Below, piece after piece: positions 40,620 to 48,826 of a stretch of DNA of 64,000 nt. The translations under genes were made by a program, and so were the position numbers. This stretch comes from a virus. Positions within the stretch are counted from its first letter, which is position 1. Each line of letters begins with the position of its first letter. Under the pieces are notes generated by a model. It had not been told where the DNA came from and made no database searches. It saw only the letters and a program-made list of their open reading frames with translations. The stretch covers positions 32,001 through 96,000 of IMG/VR virus record IMGVR_UViG_3300033149_001257; one strand, written 5' to 3'.

Positions 40620-40697
40620 TTGGCACTCTCCATGTGGGGATTCTCAGGACTAAGCCTGAAGGCTCTGCCCGAGCCCTGTGTGCTTATTGCCACATTA
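40620..40697 (-). ncRNA. orphan TnpB omegaRNA-like scaffold copy 1
   Basis: TAATGTGGCAATAA..GGCTC-GGGCA-GAGCC-TTCAGG..CCTGAGAATCCCC..GGAGAGTGCCAA; colinear with the tnpB 3' end/right end at 45407-45510. Confidence 0.7.
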
Positions 40698-41762
40698 CGA
40701 ATTAGTGATAACCCGTATTGTGTTTTTCCTATAAGGGGCCGGTATCAGAAGATGTAAACATTTCGTTATCTGCACGGCTTCCTTGTGGTCAGAACCATCA
40801 AATACCTTCATCATTATCTCGTTGAAGTGCATTGTTTTATCCTGACTCGGTTTCTTCGAATATTTACCAACCGGCTGATCTGAGAAACAATACATCCTGT
40901 TTACTTCCAGGGTATTGTCAACTATCCAGGTCACGTTGTATCCAAAGAGGTTGTTTACAACACCATTCTGCATAATAAGCTGCTGCGTTGCTAAAGGAAC
41001 CTCGCTGTTGTATCCACCCGGTGAACCGGCGGCATTATATACAGGCACCCAATCCCATATCTCAGGAAGTGTCGTAGGTGACAGATATATTTTGTTGATC
41101 TTTATACCAAGCCTCAATGAAAGCGCAAACAGAGACTTCATGGTATTTATGGTTATCCCACCCTGCGCAGAAGCGTCAATCGAGTTGGTTGTCGGGAAAG
41201 AAACCACGTCGGAATCCGTATTGAATGTTCCTGTCGGGAACGTACCATATATGGACTTAATGAGTGTCCATATGTCCTGGTTTATCTTACTGGCAACATT
41301 CTTCGATGCCCTCTTGTTGACCCTATCGGAAACCTTGAGCCGACCAGTTACGGCACTCGCTGTAGGATAATCAATGAGGTCGGATGATACATAATATGGC
41401 TTATATGCCGTCACGCCATCTTCGTTAGTAAACGAATCTTTCGGCGCGCCACCGAGCTGAGATATTTCCTTAACCTCGTATTTCTGATTCTTCTCGGTAT
41501 AGACTTCCGGCCACTGGTCATCCTTCAAAGTCTCCGTCTCAAATAACTGTGATGCCAGAATATCAGCATCGATGTCAACATTTATTCTCGTCTGCCTACC
41601 AGCAGCAAACTCTATGGCCGCTGCCGGACTTGAGGCTGATGCCATGAGCATCTTTTCCCTCTCACTGTCGGGCTTCCTTGCGGCATCCAGCGCCTTATCT
41701 TCGGCTTCGATTCTCGCCCTGTTGGCGGGTAACATTAAATCCAGTTTCTCTCTCGCAATCAT
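40695..41762 (-). CDS. major capsid protein (HK97 fold, inferred)
   Basis: 355 aa, strong AAGGAGG RBS, after protease and decoration genes; NLFGYNV motif. Confidence 0.72.
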   Translation of the reverse strand: MIAREKLDLMLPANRARIEAEDKALDAARKPDSEREKMLMASASSPAAAIEFAAGRQTRINVDIDADILASQLFETETLKDDQWPEVYTEKNQKYEVKEISQLGGAPKDSFTNEDGVTAYKPYYVSSDLIDYPTASAVTGRLKVSDRVNKRASKNVASKINQDIWTLIKSIYGTFPTGTFNTDSDVVSFPTTNSIDASAQGGITINTMKSLFALSLRLGIKINKIYLSPTTLPEIWDWVPVYNAAGSPGGYNSEVPLATQQLIMQNGVVNNLFGYNVTWIVDNTLEVNRMYCFSDQPVGKYSKKPSQDKTMHFNEIMMKVFDGSDHKEAVQITKCLHLLIPAPYRKNTIRVITNS

Positions 41763-41837
41763 TTTACATTCCTCCTTCTTTCAAGATTTTTTTCTTTCTT
41801 TTTTTACGCAATTACTGTATATCTATTTCAACTTCGT

Positions 41838-42299
41838 TTACGAATACACTTCTATATGATACTCTCCTGACGTACCATCCCACAATCCTACAAGCCTACC
41901 CTTGATGTCATATGTGCCCTGGGACACACGCCATAATCCATTATATACTTCAAGGTCAGCATCGTGCGCTGTGCTATCAGAAATCGCGCCTACTGCACCA
42001 TACGCAGCAACCAGGCTGGTTACTATGTATCCACCACCACTGGCTACGGTTACGGGGCTACCTATCACAACGTCCGTATTGGGAACATTGTTCAGCATCT
42101 CAATATGGGAAATCCCTGTAGCTGTTACGTTCTGAATCAGGGGCCCAATAAACTTACTCGTTGCAAGTTCAAGCGTGCCAGGCGCACTCGCGCTGACCTG
42201 TGTGCCTGAAGCAACATCAACGAAATATCCCCTTGTCATTGCTACGCTAGTAAGAAACCATCCCGTCTTTTCTCTGAAACCTTTCACGATTTTGAACAT
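41838..42299 (-). CDS. head decoration/cement protein candidate
   Basis: 153 aa between protease and capsid. Confidence 0.55.
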   Translation of the reverse strand: MFKIVKGFREKTGWFLTSVAMTRGYFVDVASGTQVSASAPGTLELATSKFIGPLIQNVTATGISHIEMLNNVPNTDVVIGSPVTVASGGGYIVTSLVAAYGAVGAISDSTAHDADLEVYNGLWRVSQGTYDIKGRLVGLWDGTSGEYHIEVYS

Positions 42300-42361
42300 T
42301 TTGAAATCCTCCTTTTAGAGATTTTTATTTTTACTTAATGTCCGTTCTTGTTCTTAACTAC

Positions 42362-44437
42362 TTAAAACGCACCTTCTACATTAGAAACAATGCCTGTTGA
42401 AGCAACTGCCTGGACTGAGGGTTTGAGTGTTTCTTTGCCCTTAGTATCGGTCGTGCTTGCTGTTGCTTTGGTGGCCGTGGCTTTCAGATCCTCTTTCCAT
42501 GCCACAAACTCTTTTTCGCCAACTTCGTCAAAACCAAACCTGCCCATCTGCTCTTTCTTATACTCAGAAAGCTCAATACCGGAATCCTTTATATCTTTAT
42601 CACGAGCTGCTACTTTCGTGGCTATCTCAGCCTGTTCAGTCCTGTCAGTTTCAACCGCTGCCTTAATTCCCACCTTGACGGCTTCGGCAATCTCGGTCTT
42701 GACTGTTTCGGCATCTTTGTAATCTTTAAACTTATCAGTCATTTCAGTTTCTTTCTCAGAAACCGCGCTTCCAGCAACTTCCTGCATTGCCGATACTATC
42801 GCAGTGGCTGCCAGCGTTACCTGGTCCCCTGTCAAATCAAACGTCTTAAACAAACTTGCTACACTTTCCGGCATCTTCAGTGTCGTTAAGTCCATGTCAT
42901 TTCCTCCTTTTACTAAATTTTTTATTTCATTTATGTGCGAAACCATTTGCCCCATCGTCATGCTACCCGTGTCTATGCTCATTTCGTTAAGCCTTATATC
43001 TTTCATGCTTTTCTTTGCCGATACTTCCAATGTCCTCGATGCTGTACTCCTGAGCTCTTTCTTGCTGATTGATTTAGTCTTTGGCTCTATGTGGTCAGCC
43101 ATGATTAAAGCGCTCCTTAAATGAGCCAAATCAATATGCCCTGCCCCATCTTTATAGGGAAGGTGCCTGGAATCCTTATCCTTGGATGCTCCACTTATAT
43201 AGTCAGGCTCTATCGCTGCAAACGAGCTATCCGGTAGAGCGTCAATAAACGTCTTTGTCCATTTTTCAACAGTGTCTGTTTTTACAAACTCACTCGCTAA
43301 TGAAAAATATCTCGGTGATTCAAACCCACCATCCTTTTCCTCTATTACTGAATATGACGAATATACCCTTATCCCATCATCGTCATTACTGTCCATGTAT
43401 GCACAAAAATCAAAAGTGTCAAACTTTACTTCCTTATCATTTATTTCTATTCTCGTACCACCGGCAGTTTTATCAGTCTCTATCAGTATTCTTGTTTTCT
43501 TCATAGTGTCTCCTCCTGTAGATTTTTGTCCAGGGCCCGGTCTGTCGGCCCTTCTCATCTGTCCCCCACAACTGCTGCATGTCTGGTCTTTGCAGTGACT
43601 CGTAGATGTCGCCTTTTTCCCACATTCAATACATTCACATTCGTATTTGGTAGCTCCTGATTCTACTTTATCTTCAACCTTCTTGCCATCCTTGTTCGTA
43701 AGAGAACCGTCGCTGGCTACGGCGAGATTTAAGGGCTCAAAACCATTTGCGTTGCGATCAGCTGGTGAGAGCGTCAATGCCGCCCCAACAAAGACTACGT
43801 TGCCATTCTCGCCACCAAGTGCAAATTCCATTGGTTTATCTTTGTATGGTAGGCACCGGTCCTCAGAAAGACATTCCTTCATGTCGTCGGTGGCATCTTC
43901 ATAGTTGATAAAATTGCCACCGAGGAAGAAAGCCGAGTCAGAATAAGAAAAAAGGCACTCCATCGATGATTTATACTCGGCCAGCCCTGCATCGTACAAC
44001 TCAAGAATGTCCCTCACCTTCTTTATTCTCTTGTATAGTACGCCATACATGGTTACGGGGACCGCCTCTGCCGGAACAGCCACATCTCCCGCATCTCCCA
44101 TGCTAACATCAATTATATGCCCAAGTATGTCATTGTCGTCTTTTTTGGGATTGTTGGCATTATCCTCAATCCTGTGCTCAAGATTTACCATGTTATGCGG
44201 CACCGTATTAATTGAGTTGGACAACACCTTATATGAAAAACATCTGTTTTTTGAATTTGAAATAGGAAGAGAGTTGCATAAGATGAGCTTGAAAAACTGT
44301 AAAGATGAATTCGGCGTGAGCTTAACTCCCGATGCCAACGAAATCGGTTCTTTTATAAATGATACTTTGGCATCTCCAAGCGCAAATCTTTTTTTGTTTT
44401 CCAATTTTTTTTCTCCATAAAAAAAAGACATTGACAC
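42362..44437 (-). CDS. prohead protease/scaffold fusion (real start possibly TTG ~44404)
   Basis: VNLEH, ILGHI, SSMEC, GAALTLSPAD protease-like motifs; Zn finger; LPDSSFA...RHLPYK domain; helical acidic C-terminus. Confidence 0.72.
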   Translation of the reverse strand: MSMSFFYGEKKLENKKRFALGDAKVSFIKEPISLASGVKLTPNSSLQFFKLILCNSLPISNSKNRCFSYKVLSNSINTVPHNMVNLEHRIEDNANNPKKDDNDILGHIIDVSMGDAGDVAVPAEAVPVTMYGVLYKRIKKVRDILELYDAGLAEYKSSMECLFSYSDSAFFLGGNFINYEDATDDMKECLSEDRCLPYKDKPMEFALGGENGNVVFVGAALTLSPADRNANGFEPLNLAVASDGSLTNKDGKKVEDKVESGATKYECECIECGKKATSTSHCKDQTCSSCGGQMRRADRPGPGQKSTGGDTMKKTRILIETDKTAGGTRIEINDKEVKFDTFDFCAYMDSNDDDGIRVYSSYSVIEEKDGGFESPRYFSLASEFVKTDTVEKWTKTFIDALPDSSFAAIEPDYISGASKDKDSRHLPYKDGAGHIDLAHLRSALIMADHIEPKTKSISKKELRSTASRTLEVSAKKSMKDIRLNEMSIDTGSMTMGQMVSHINEIKNLVKGGNDMDLTTLKMPESVASLFKTFDLTGDQVTLAATAIVSAMQEVAGSAVSEKETEMTDKFKDYKDAETVKTEIAEAVKVGIKAAVETDRTEQAEIATKVAARDKDIKDSGIELSEYKKEQMGRFGFDEVGEKEFVAWKEDLKATATKATASTTDTKGKETLKPSVQAVASTGIVSNVEGAF

Positions 44438-44545
44438 TCTCCTTTAAGGAGATTCTCAGGTTGAGGATACGGAATCCTGAAGGCTCTGCCCGAGCCTTAA
44501 AATGTTTATCGCCACATTATGGTCACAACCTAATTCAAAACCATA
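44431..44545 (-). ncRNA. orphan TnpB omegaRNA-like scaffold copy 2 (tnpB 3' remnant plus right end)
   Basis: reads YGFELGCDHNVAINILRLGQSLQ (cf. TnpB CGLEIGRDHNAAMNILMAGQAIR) then GAGAATCTCC-TTAAA-GGAGAGTGTCAA. Confidence 0.78.
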
Positions 44546-44553
44546 AAGTCAAT

Positions 44554-44605
44554 AAAAAAATGGCAATACACATTATCAGTTAATTTTGATAATACATATT
44601 GCCAC
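44554..44605 (-). terminator. intrinsic terminator
   Basis: ~19-bp stem GTGGCAATATGTATTATCA/TGATAATGTGTATTGCCAT running into a T7 tract. Confidence 0.8.
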
Positions 44606-44668
44606 TTCAAGTACATTGATGAGGGGGTTGCCCTCGGGCTTTTTCTGGTACTTCGCTGTCTGAGGGTA

Positions 44669-44697
44669 ATTATATCAGATATTTATTGTTTTGTCAA
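44669..44697 (-). promoter_or_regulatory. consensus sigma70 promoter
   Basis: TTGACA-17 nt-TATAAT with TG extension. Confidence 0.8.
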
Positions 44698-44847
44698 GCA
44701 TTTTGGAGAATTAGGTGGAAGTTATTTTTCGGATATTTTTTGAATTTCGCTTATTCTCGTCGCTGTTTGCTGTTTATGTTTTTAGTATTTTCAATTATGA
44801 TTTCACTTAATCATTGAATCTGGCTTGTTTGTTTTATTGAAAATCCG

Positions 44848-44887
44848 CCCATTCATCCCCGCGGTTAAAATCGGAGGTTTTCTGGGA
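44848..44887. repeat. degenerate IS200/IS605-type end hairpin
   Basis: CATTCATCCCCGCGGTTAAAATCGGAGGTTTTCTGGG resembles IS605-family subterminal palindromes. Confidence 0.45.
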
Positions 44888-44903
44888 TGTTTCTATAATA
44901 GTT

Positions 44904-45152
44904 CTATTGTTTTTTCCTGAAACTTGTGGTAAGGTTTTTAGAAACATCCCGGACATCATCATGGTTGGGGAAATTTTTATTTTTTATTTTTTTTAAAAAC
45001 TCTGACGCTTTCATTACTTCCCGGGGTCCATTAAAATATCTTATGAGTAACGGAAAATCTCCGCTTTCTTTCAATATCTTTTTAATACCCGTGACCCCGG
45101 TAAAAAAATCGCTGTCTAATGAATTTGATTTCTTTTTTCTATTATCTTTCAT
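44904..45152 (-). CDS. basic hypothetical protein
   Basis: GAGGAG RBS. Confidence 0.55.
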   Translation of the reverse strand: MKDNRKKKSNSLDSDFFTGVTGIKKILKESGDFPLLIRYFNGPREVMKASEFLKKIKNKNFPNHDDVRDVSKNLTTSFRKKQ

Positions 45153-45198
45153 TTTTGGCTCCTCTCTGATTTTAATTACTCCGATTTCTAAATTTGGC

Positions 45199-45400
45199 CC
45201 TTAACTGCCCTGTGTTGAGCTTTGGGGGTTCCTGGCGTGTTCTCCAGTCCTCATTCTCCTTTCATTGAAGATTTGCCCGCGTTCTGCCCTGTCCTACCTG
45301 TTCTGTGTCGTTCCCTACGGGCGGTCTTGCCTTTGCCCTATGTATAATGAGTAGAAACCCAGAACAGAGAGAGCAAGCAAGAACACTTAAACAGCTAAAA
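45199..45400 (-). ncRNA. candidate ~200-nt structured RNA of unknown family
   Basis: five nested helices with G-U pairs valid on the minus strand; no ORF. Confidence 0.55.
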
Positions 45401-45448
45401 CAATATTTGACACTCTCCGTGGCTAAAGCCGGGAGATTCTCGGGACTT

Positions 45449-46540
45449 CTATGAAGCCTTCCGAATGGCCTGCCCAGCCATTAAAATATTCATTGCTGCG
45501 TTGTGGTCACGACCTATCTCCAAACCACACCTACACTTATGCACACGAACTGACAATTCTTTTTTGACTATCTTTCCACACTTTGAGCACATCTGGGATG
45601 TGTTTTTGGCAGGAACCTCAATGACTTCTTTTCCAACTTCTTCCGCTTTGAAACGAAGTATATTGAAGAAATTAAACCAAGCAACATCCCTCATAGACCG
45701 ATTGAGCTTTCTGAATGTTTTCCAACTGTGAAGTTTTTCTATACAGATTATGTCGTTCTCTTTAACCAACTTATTAGCAACTTTAAAATGAAAATCTCGT
45801 CTTTGGTTGGCAATCTTTTCGTGAACCTTAGCGACAAGCAACTTTGCCTTTTTTCTTCTACTGGAACCTCTCTTTTTACGAGAAAGCGCTTGTTGGCGCT
45901 CAGTCAGAACACTATCGGCCTCATTAAGAAATCGGGGATTATCTATGGAATTACCATTAGAGTCGGTCAGAAAAGATTCACAGCCCACGTCAATACCGAT
46001 AGTCTTGCCAGTTTTGGACAACGGTTTACCAGGAACATCTTTACAGGAAAAACAAGCAAACCATTTCCCGGCTGGGGTTTTGCGGATAGTTACGGTTTTA
46101 ATTGCGCCCTCGGTAGGCCGAGAAAGTTTCATCTTGAACTTACCAATTTTATTAATAGTAAAGCACCTTCCGTTAAGTTTCCATCCACATTGTTTAAGTG
46201 TGAAAGAATCGTATCTTCCCATCCCCTTGAATCTCGGGAACCCAGCCTTTTCCCCGGACTTAACTCTACGGAAAAAAGATTGGTATGATTTATTGAGACG
46301 CTCAGTCACGTCCTGGAGTGATTCACTTGGCACTTTTTTAAATTCGGGAAAACCTTTTTTCAGGTCGGAAAGCTGATTCGCTTGGTCATACCCGGAAATA
46401 AATTTCCCGTGACATTTCCAAGCATTTATTCTCTGCTCAAGGCAGAGATTATAAAGTATTCTGCAAAGATTAAGAACTTCTTCGGTTTTGGTGAGAGTTT
46501 CTCGATTGGCATATATTCTATATTTAAAAGTCTTTTTCAT
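45449..46540 (-). CDS. tnpB: RNA-guided endonuclease TnpB
   Basis: KTFKYRIY, GFPRFK, IGIDVG (D), ICIEKL (E), TSQMCSKCG..C.CG Zn finger, RDHNAA (D): RuvC triad intact. Confidence 0.96.
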   Translation of the reverse strand: MKKTFKYRIYANRETLTKTEEVLNLCRILYNLCLEQRINAWKCHGKFISGYDQANQLSDLKKGFPEFKKVPSESLQDVTERLNKSYQSFFRRVKSGEKAGFPRFKGMGRYDSFTLKQCGWKLNGRCFTINKIGKFKMKLSRPTEGAIKTVTIRKTPAGKWFACFSCKDVPGKPLSKTGKTIGIDVGCESFLTDSNGNSIDNPRFLNEADSVLTERQQALSRKKRGSSRRKKAKLLVAKVHEKIANQRRDFHFKVANKLVKENDIICIEKLHSWKTFRKLNRSMRDVAWFNFFNILRFKAEEVGKEVIEVPAKNTSQMCSKCGKIVKKELSVRVHKCRCGLEIGRDHNAAMNILMAGQAIRKAS

Positions 46541-46926
46541 TTTTTTGATTGCTCCTCTATATATTTTTTCACAACCTTACTTGATATATTTCCGGCAGTA
46601 CATACAAAATATGAATGAGTCCATAGAGAGGGAATTTTTAGCAGGTGTGGAAATTCTCTACGAAGATAATTTGATGTTCTTCCCTTGAATGCTTTTATTA
46701 TTTTATGGATAGATATTGTGGGGTATGCTGAAACAAAAACATGGAGATGATCTGGTTGAATCTCAAAAGCAATTATGTCTATACTTTTTTCTTTAGCAAC
46801 TTCTCGCATGATTACGCGAAGTCTATTTTTTACTTTTCCTATCAGAACTTTTTTTCTTCTCTTCGGGCACCATATCAGGTGGTAGTTTATGAGATATATT
46901 TGATTGCGTGAATGTTTATATTTCAT
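46537..46926 (-). CDS. tnpA: IS200-family HUH (Y1) transposase
   Basis: YHLIWCPKRR, PDHLHVF (HUH), KGRTS, LWTHSYFV, YIEEQ. Confidence 0.96.
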   Translation of the reverse strand: MKYKHSRNQIYLINYHLIWCPKRRKKVLIGKVKNRLRVIMREVAKEKSIDIIAFEIQPDHLHVFVSAYPTISIHKIIKAFKGRTSNYLRREFPHLLKIPSLWTHSYFVCTAGNISSKVVKKYIEEQSKK

Positions 46927-46935
46927 CTTGTTGAT

Positions 46936-46964
46936 AGTATAGCATATATCAACAATCTTGTCAA
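46936..46964 (-). promoter_or_regulatory. sigma70 promoter for tnpA-tnpB (near-leaderless)
   Basis: TTGACA-17-TATACT, TG extension, 9 nt before ATG; inverted repeat TTGTTGATA-N10-TATCAACAA. Confidence 0.75.
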
Positions 46965-46972
46965 GGAAAAAA

Positions 46973-48772
46973 TTACTTTTTCTTTTTCGTCCACTTCTTT
47001 GTCTTGGGGTCCTGTTTGTAGGTTTCCTTTACTACCGACCACGCCTTCCTGGCAGCAACAGCATCTTTGTCGCCTGCCTTCTTTCTTTCCTTATAGACCT
47101 TTTCCCATATAGAAACTCCCCCTTTGGGTAGCGATCCCAGGACTGCAACTTCGAGTGCAAACTCCTCTATGTCATCTGCATATGGGTCCAAATAAAGATG
47201 TACGGCATCCTTTGCTGTTGAGGGCCTTGGTTTATTGTCTAGGTCGCCATCTTTTGTTCTTGGCCTGCCATTCTCATCCATGTTATCGTTTTTCTTATCA
47301 CCTGCAAGCATCGTGAGTGCCAAGAACGACTGCCCCTGGCTTTTCTCGAAGATGGGTGTGTAATCCATTGGGTTTTCCTGTTCTTTCTTTTTTCTGGCTA
47401 AAATATTAGATGAGTGCCTACCCGTCTCTTCCAGTACCGTGCCGGCATCCATTATGCCTTGTGAATATAAAACCTTGAGCTCTTCTATCAATACTCTTGG
47501 TTCTTTAAGCGCCTGCTCATCAAATCGTACCTTGGGTATGCTTGTTTCTTTTATGAAGGATTTCCCTGCCCTTCCGTCGGCAGCTATCACATAAACTTCT
47601 TCCCACATCCTTGATATTATCCTACGGAGTTTCTTTATGTATGCGATTAAATCCTTCATTTTTATATACATCATGCTGTAATTTCCACCTGTTCCAGAAA
47701 TAAGACTAGACCCTAAATGCGACCATGCCGTTATCCTTTCTAACAGCGCAGAATATTTCTCCGGTGCCCATACTTTGGGGTCCGGGAAAACATATTTCAT
47801 TTCCCAGTAATGTTGGGTAAATATCCTTAAAGCCTTTGATACGTTACGGAAGTTGCTCTTCATTGCCTTTAAATCAGCATCGTTTACCATGTAGGCCTTA
47901 CTGCCTGCTTTCTGGCCAGATTTAATGGACTCTCCTCCTTTTACATGCAAAACCACGTTTTTAGTGTAAAAGGCCACCTGTGAATCACCGTCTATGAGCA
48001 TTTCCAGGATAGATATATCGTAGAATATAGACTGCATCCGCGGGGGGATAAGCCTGTCGTTTAGCCCCTTTTCGTTCTTCAGTATCACATATTCCCCATC
48101 AGCCTCGCTCATTAGCGCATACTGGCGTGTTTCGTCAGCCCCGTTGCCATTGGCTGCCTCGTAAAATTTCTTTGCTGTAGCATCCTCGCCTATAAGCGAT
48201 TCTATTGCTGTTCTTGCGTTTTCATCGGAATTAGAAACAGTGAAAACCTTTGCCATCTCGGCATCTGGTTTCACATACACCAACTTCTTGCCCCACAATG
48301 GAACCACCTTACACAACTCGGGGTCAAGCATTACGATGTAATCTATTTTCTTTGTTTGCGTATCCTTTTTTACCAGGATAAGGGCATTTGACTTCGTTAC
48401 CATGTTTTCCCATGTAGTGAGCATCCTACTGTCAATGTCGTGTTCTTTACCGAAATCATCGAAAAACTTACCGGCAACCTTTTCGTCAGGAGTTGAGTTA
48501 TGGTATCCTGCCATTCCAAAGTTTACCGTGGTATCAACTATCGCCTGGATATAAGCATTTTCATCCCGATACTTTTGAGCCCTACTGAATTTATCTGTAA
48601 GGTCCACAGGGATAGCGTTCTGCCTCATATTCTTTAATACCCCAGTATTGGCATAGTTATCAAGTGACATTGCCACCAATTCCCCATTGCCGTCCATGGT
48701 CCATCCTACCATTGGGGCCATCTCCTTTTTACCTGTAGATTTATTTGTTTTACCTGGTTTTCTTTTGGCCAT
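46973..48772 (-). CDS. portal protein with C-terminal ChaB-like domain
   Basis: position after TerL, size, GRP motif; tail LPKGGVSIWEKVY...AARKAWSVVKETY is ChaB-like. Confidence 0.75.
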   Translation of the reverse strand: MAKRKPGKTNKSTGKKEMAPMVGWTMDGNGELVAMSLDNYANTGVLKNMRQNAIPVDLTDKFSRAQKYRDENAYIQAIVDTTVNFGMAGYHNSTPDEKVAGKFFDDFGKEHDIDSRMLTTWENMVTKSNALILVKKDTQTKKIDYIVMLDPELCKVVPLWGKKLVYVKPDAEMAKVFTVSNSDENARTAIESLIGEDATAKKFYEAANGNGADETRQYALMSEADGEYVILKNEKGLNDRLIPPRMQSIFYDISILEMLIDGDSQVAFYTKNVVLHVKGGESIKSGQKAGSKAYMVNDADLKAMKSNFRNVSKALRIFTQHYWEMKYVFPDPKVWAPEKYSALLERITAWSHLGSSLISGTGGNYSMMYIKMKDLIAYIKKLRRIISRMWEEVYVIAADGRAGKSFIKETSIPKVRFDEQALKEPRVLIEELKVLYSQGIMDAGTVLEETGRHSSNILARKKKEQENPMDYTPIFEKSQGQSFLALTMLAGDKKNDNMDENGRPRTKDGDLDNKPRPSTAKDAVHLYLDPYADDIEEFALEVAVLGSLPKGGVSIWEKVYKERKKAGDKDAVAARKAWSVVKETYKQDPKTKKWTKKKK

Positions 48773-48826
48773 TGGTTCCTCCTTTTTAGATTAATCCTAT
48801 GTGTTTTTTAATATGAACTGCCACGT

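Larger units (their letters stand above)
45407..46960 (-). mobile_element. IS200/IS605 family element (tnpA+tnpB); left end not clearly canonical
   Basis: right end GAGAATCTCCCGGCTTTAGCCACGGAGAGTGTCAA; tnpA and tnpB in tandem. Confidence 0.9.

Noticed and set aside
43598-43609. 12-nt match ACTCGTAGATGT between the copy-1 guide and the protease gene
   Set aside because: Excludes the TAM-proximal seed; a 12-mer match is plausible by chance in 64 kb
40620-44545. Orphan repeats as c-di-GMP-I riboswitches or boxB sites (GCAGAGCC resembles GCAAAGCC)
   Set aside because: They lack the GEMM P1 GNRA/receptor architecture and align much better, colinearly, with the tnpB 3' end and IS right end
45449-46540. 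Nuclease-dead TnpB (TldR-like repressor)
   Set aside because: RuvC D-E-D residues are all present
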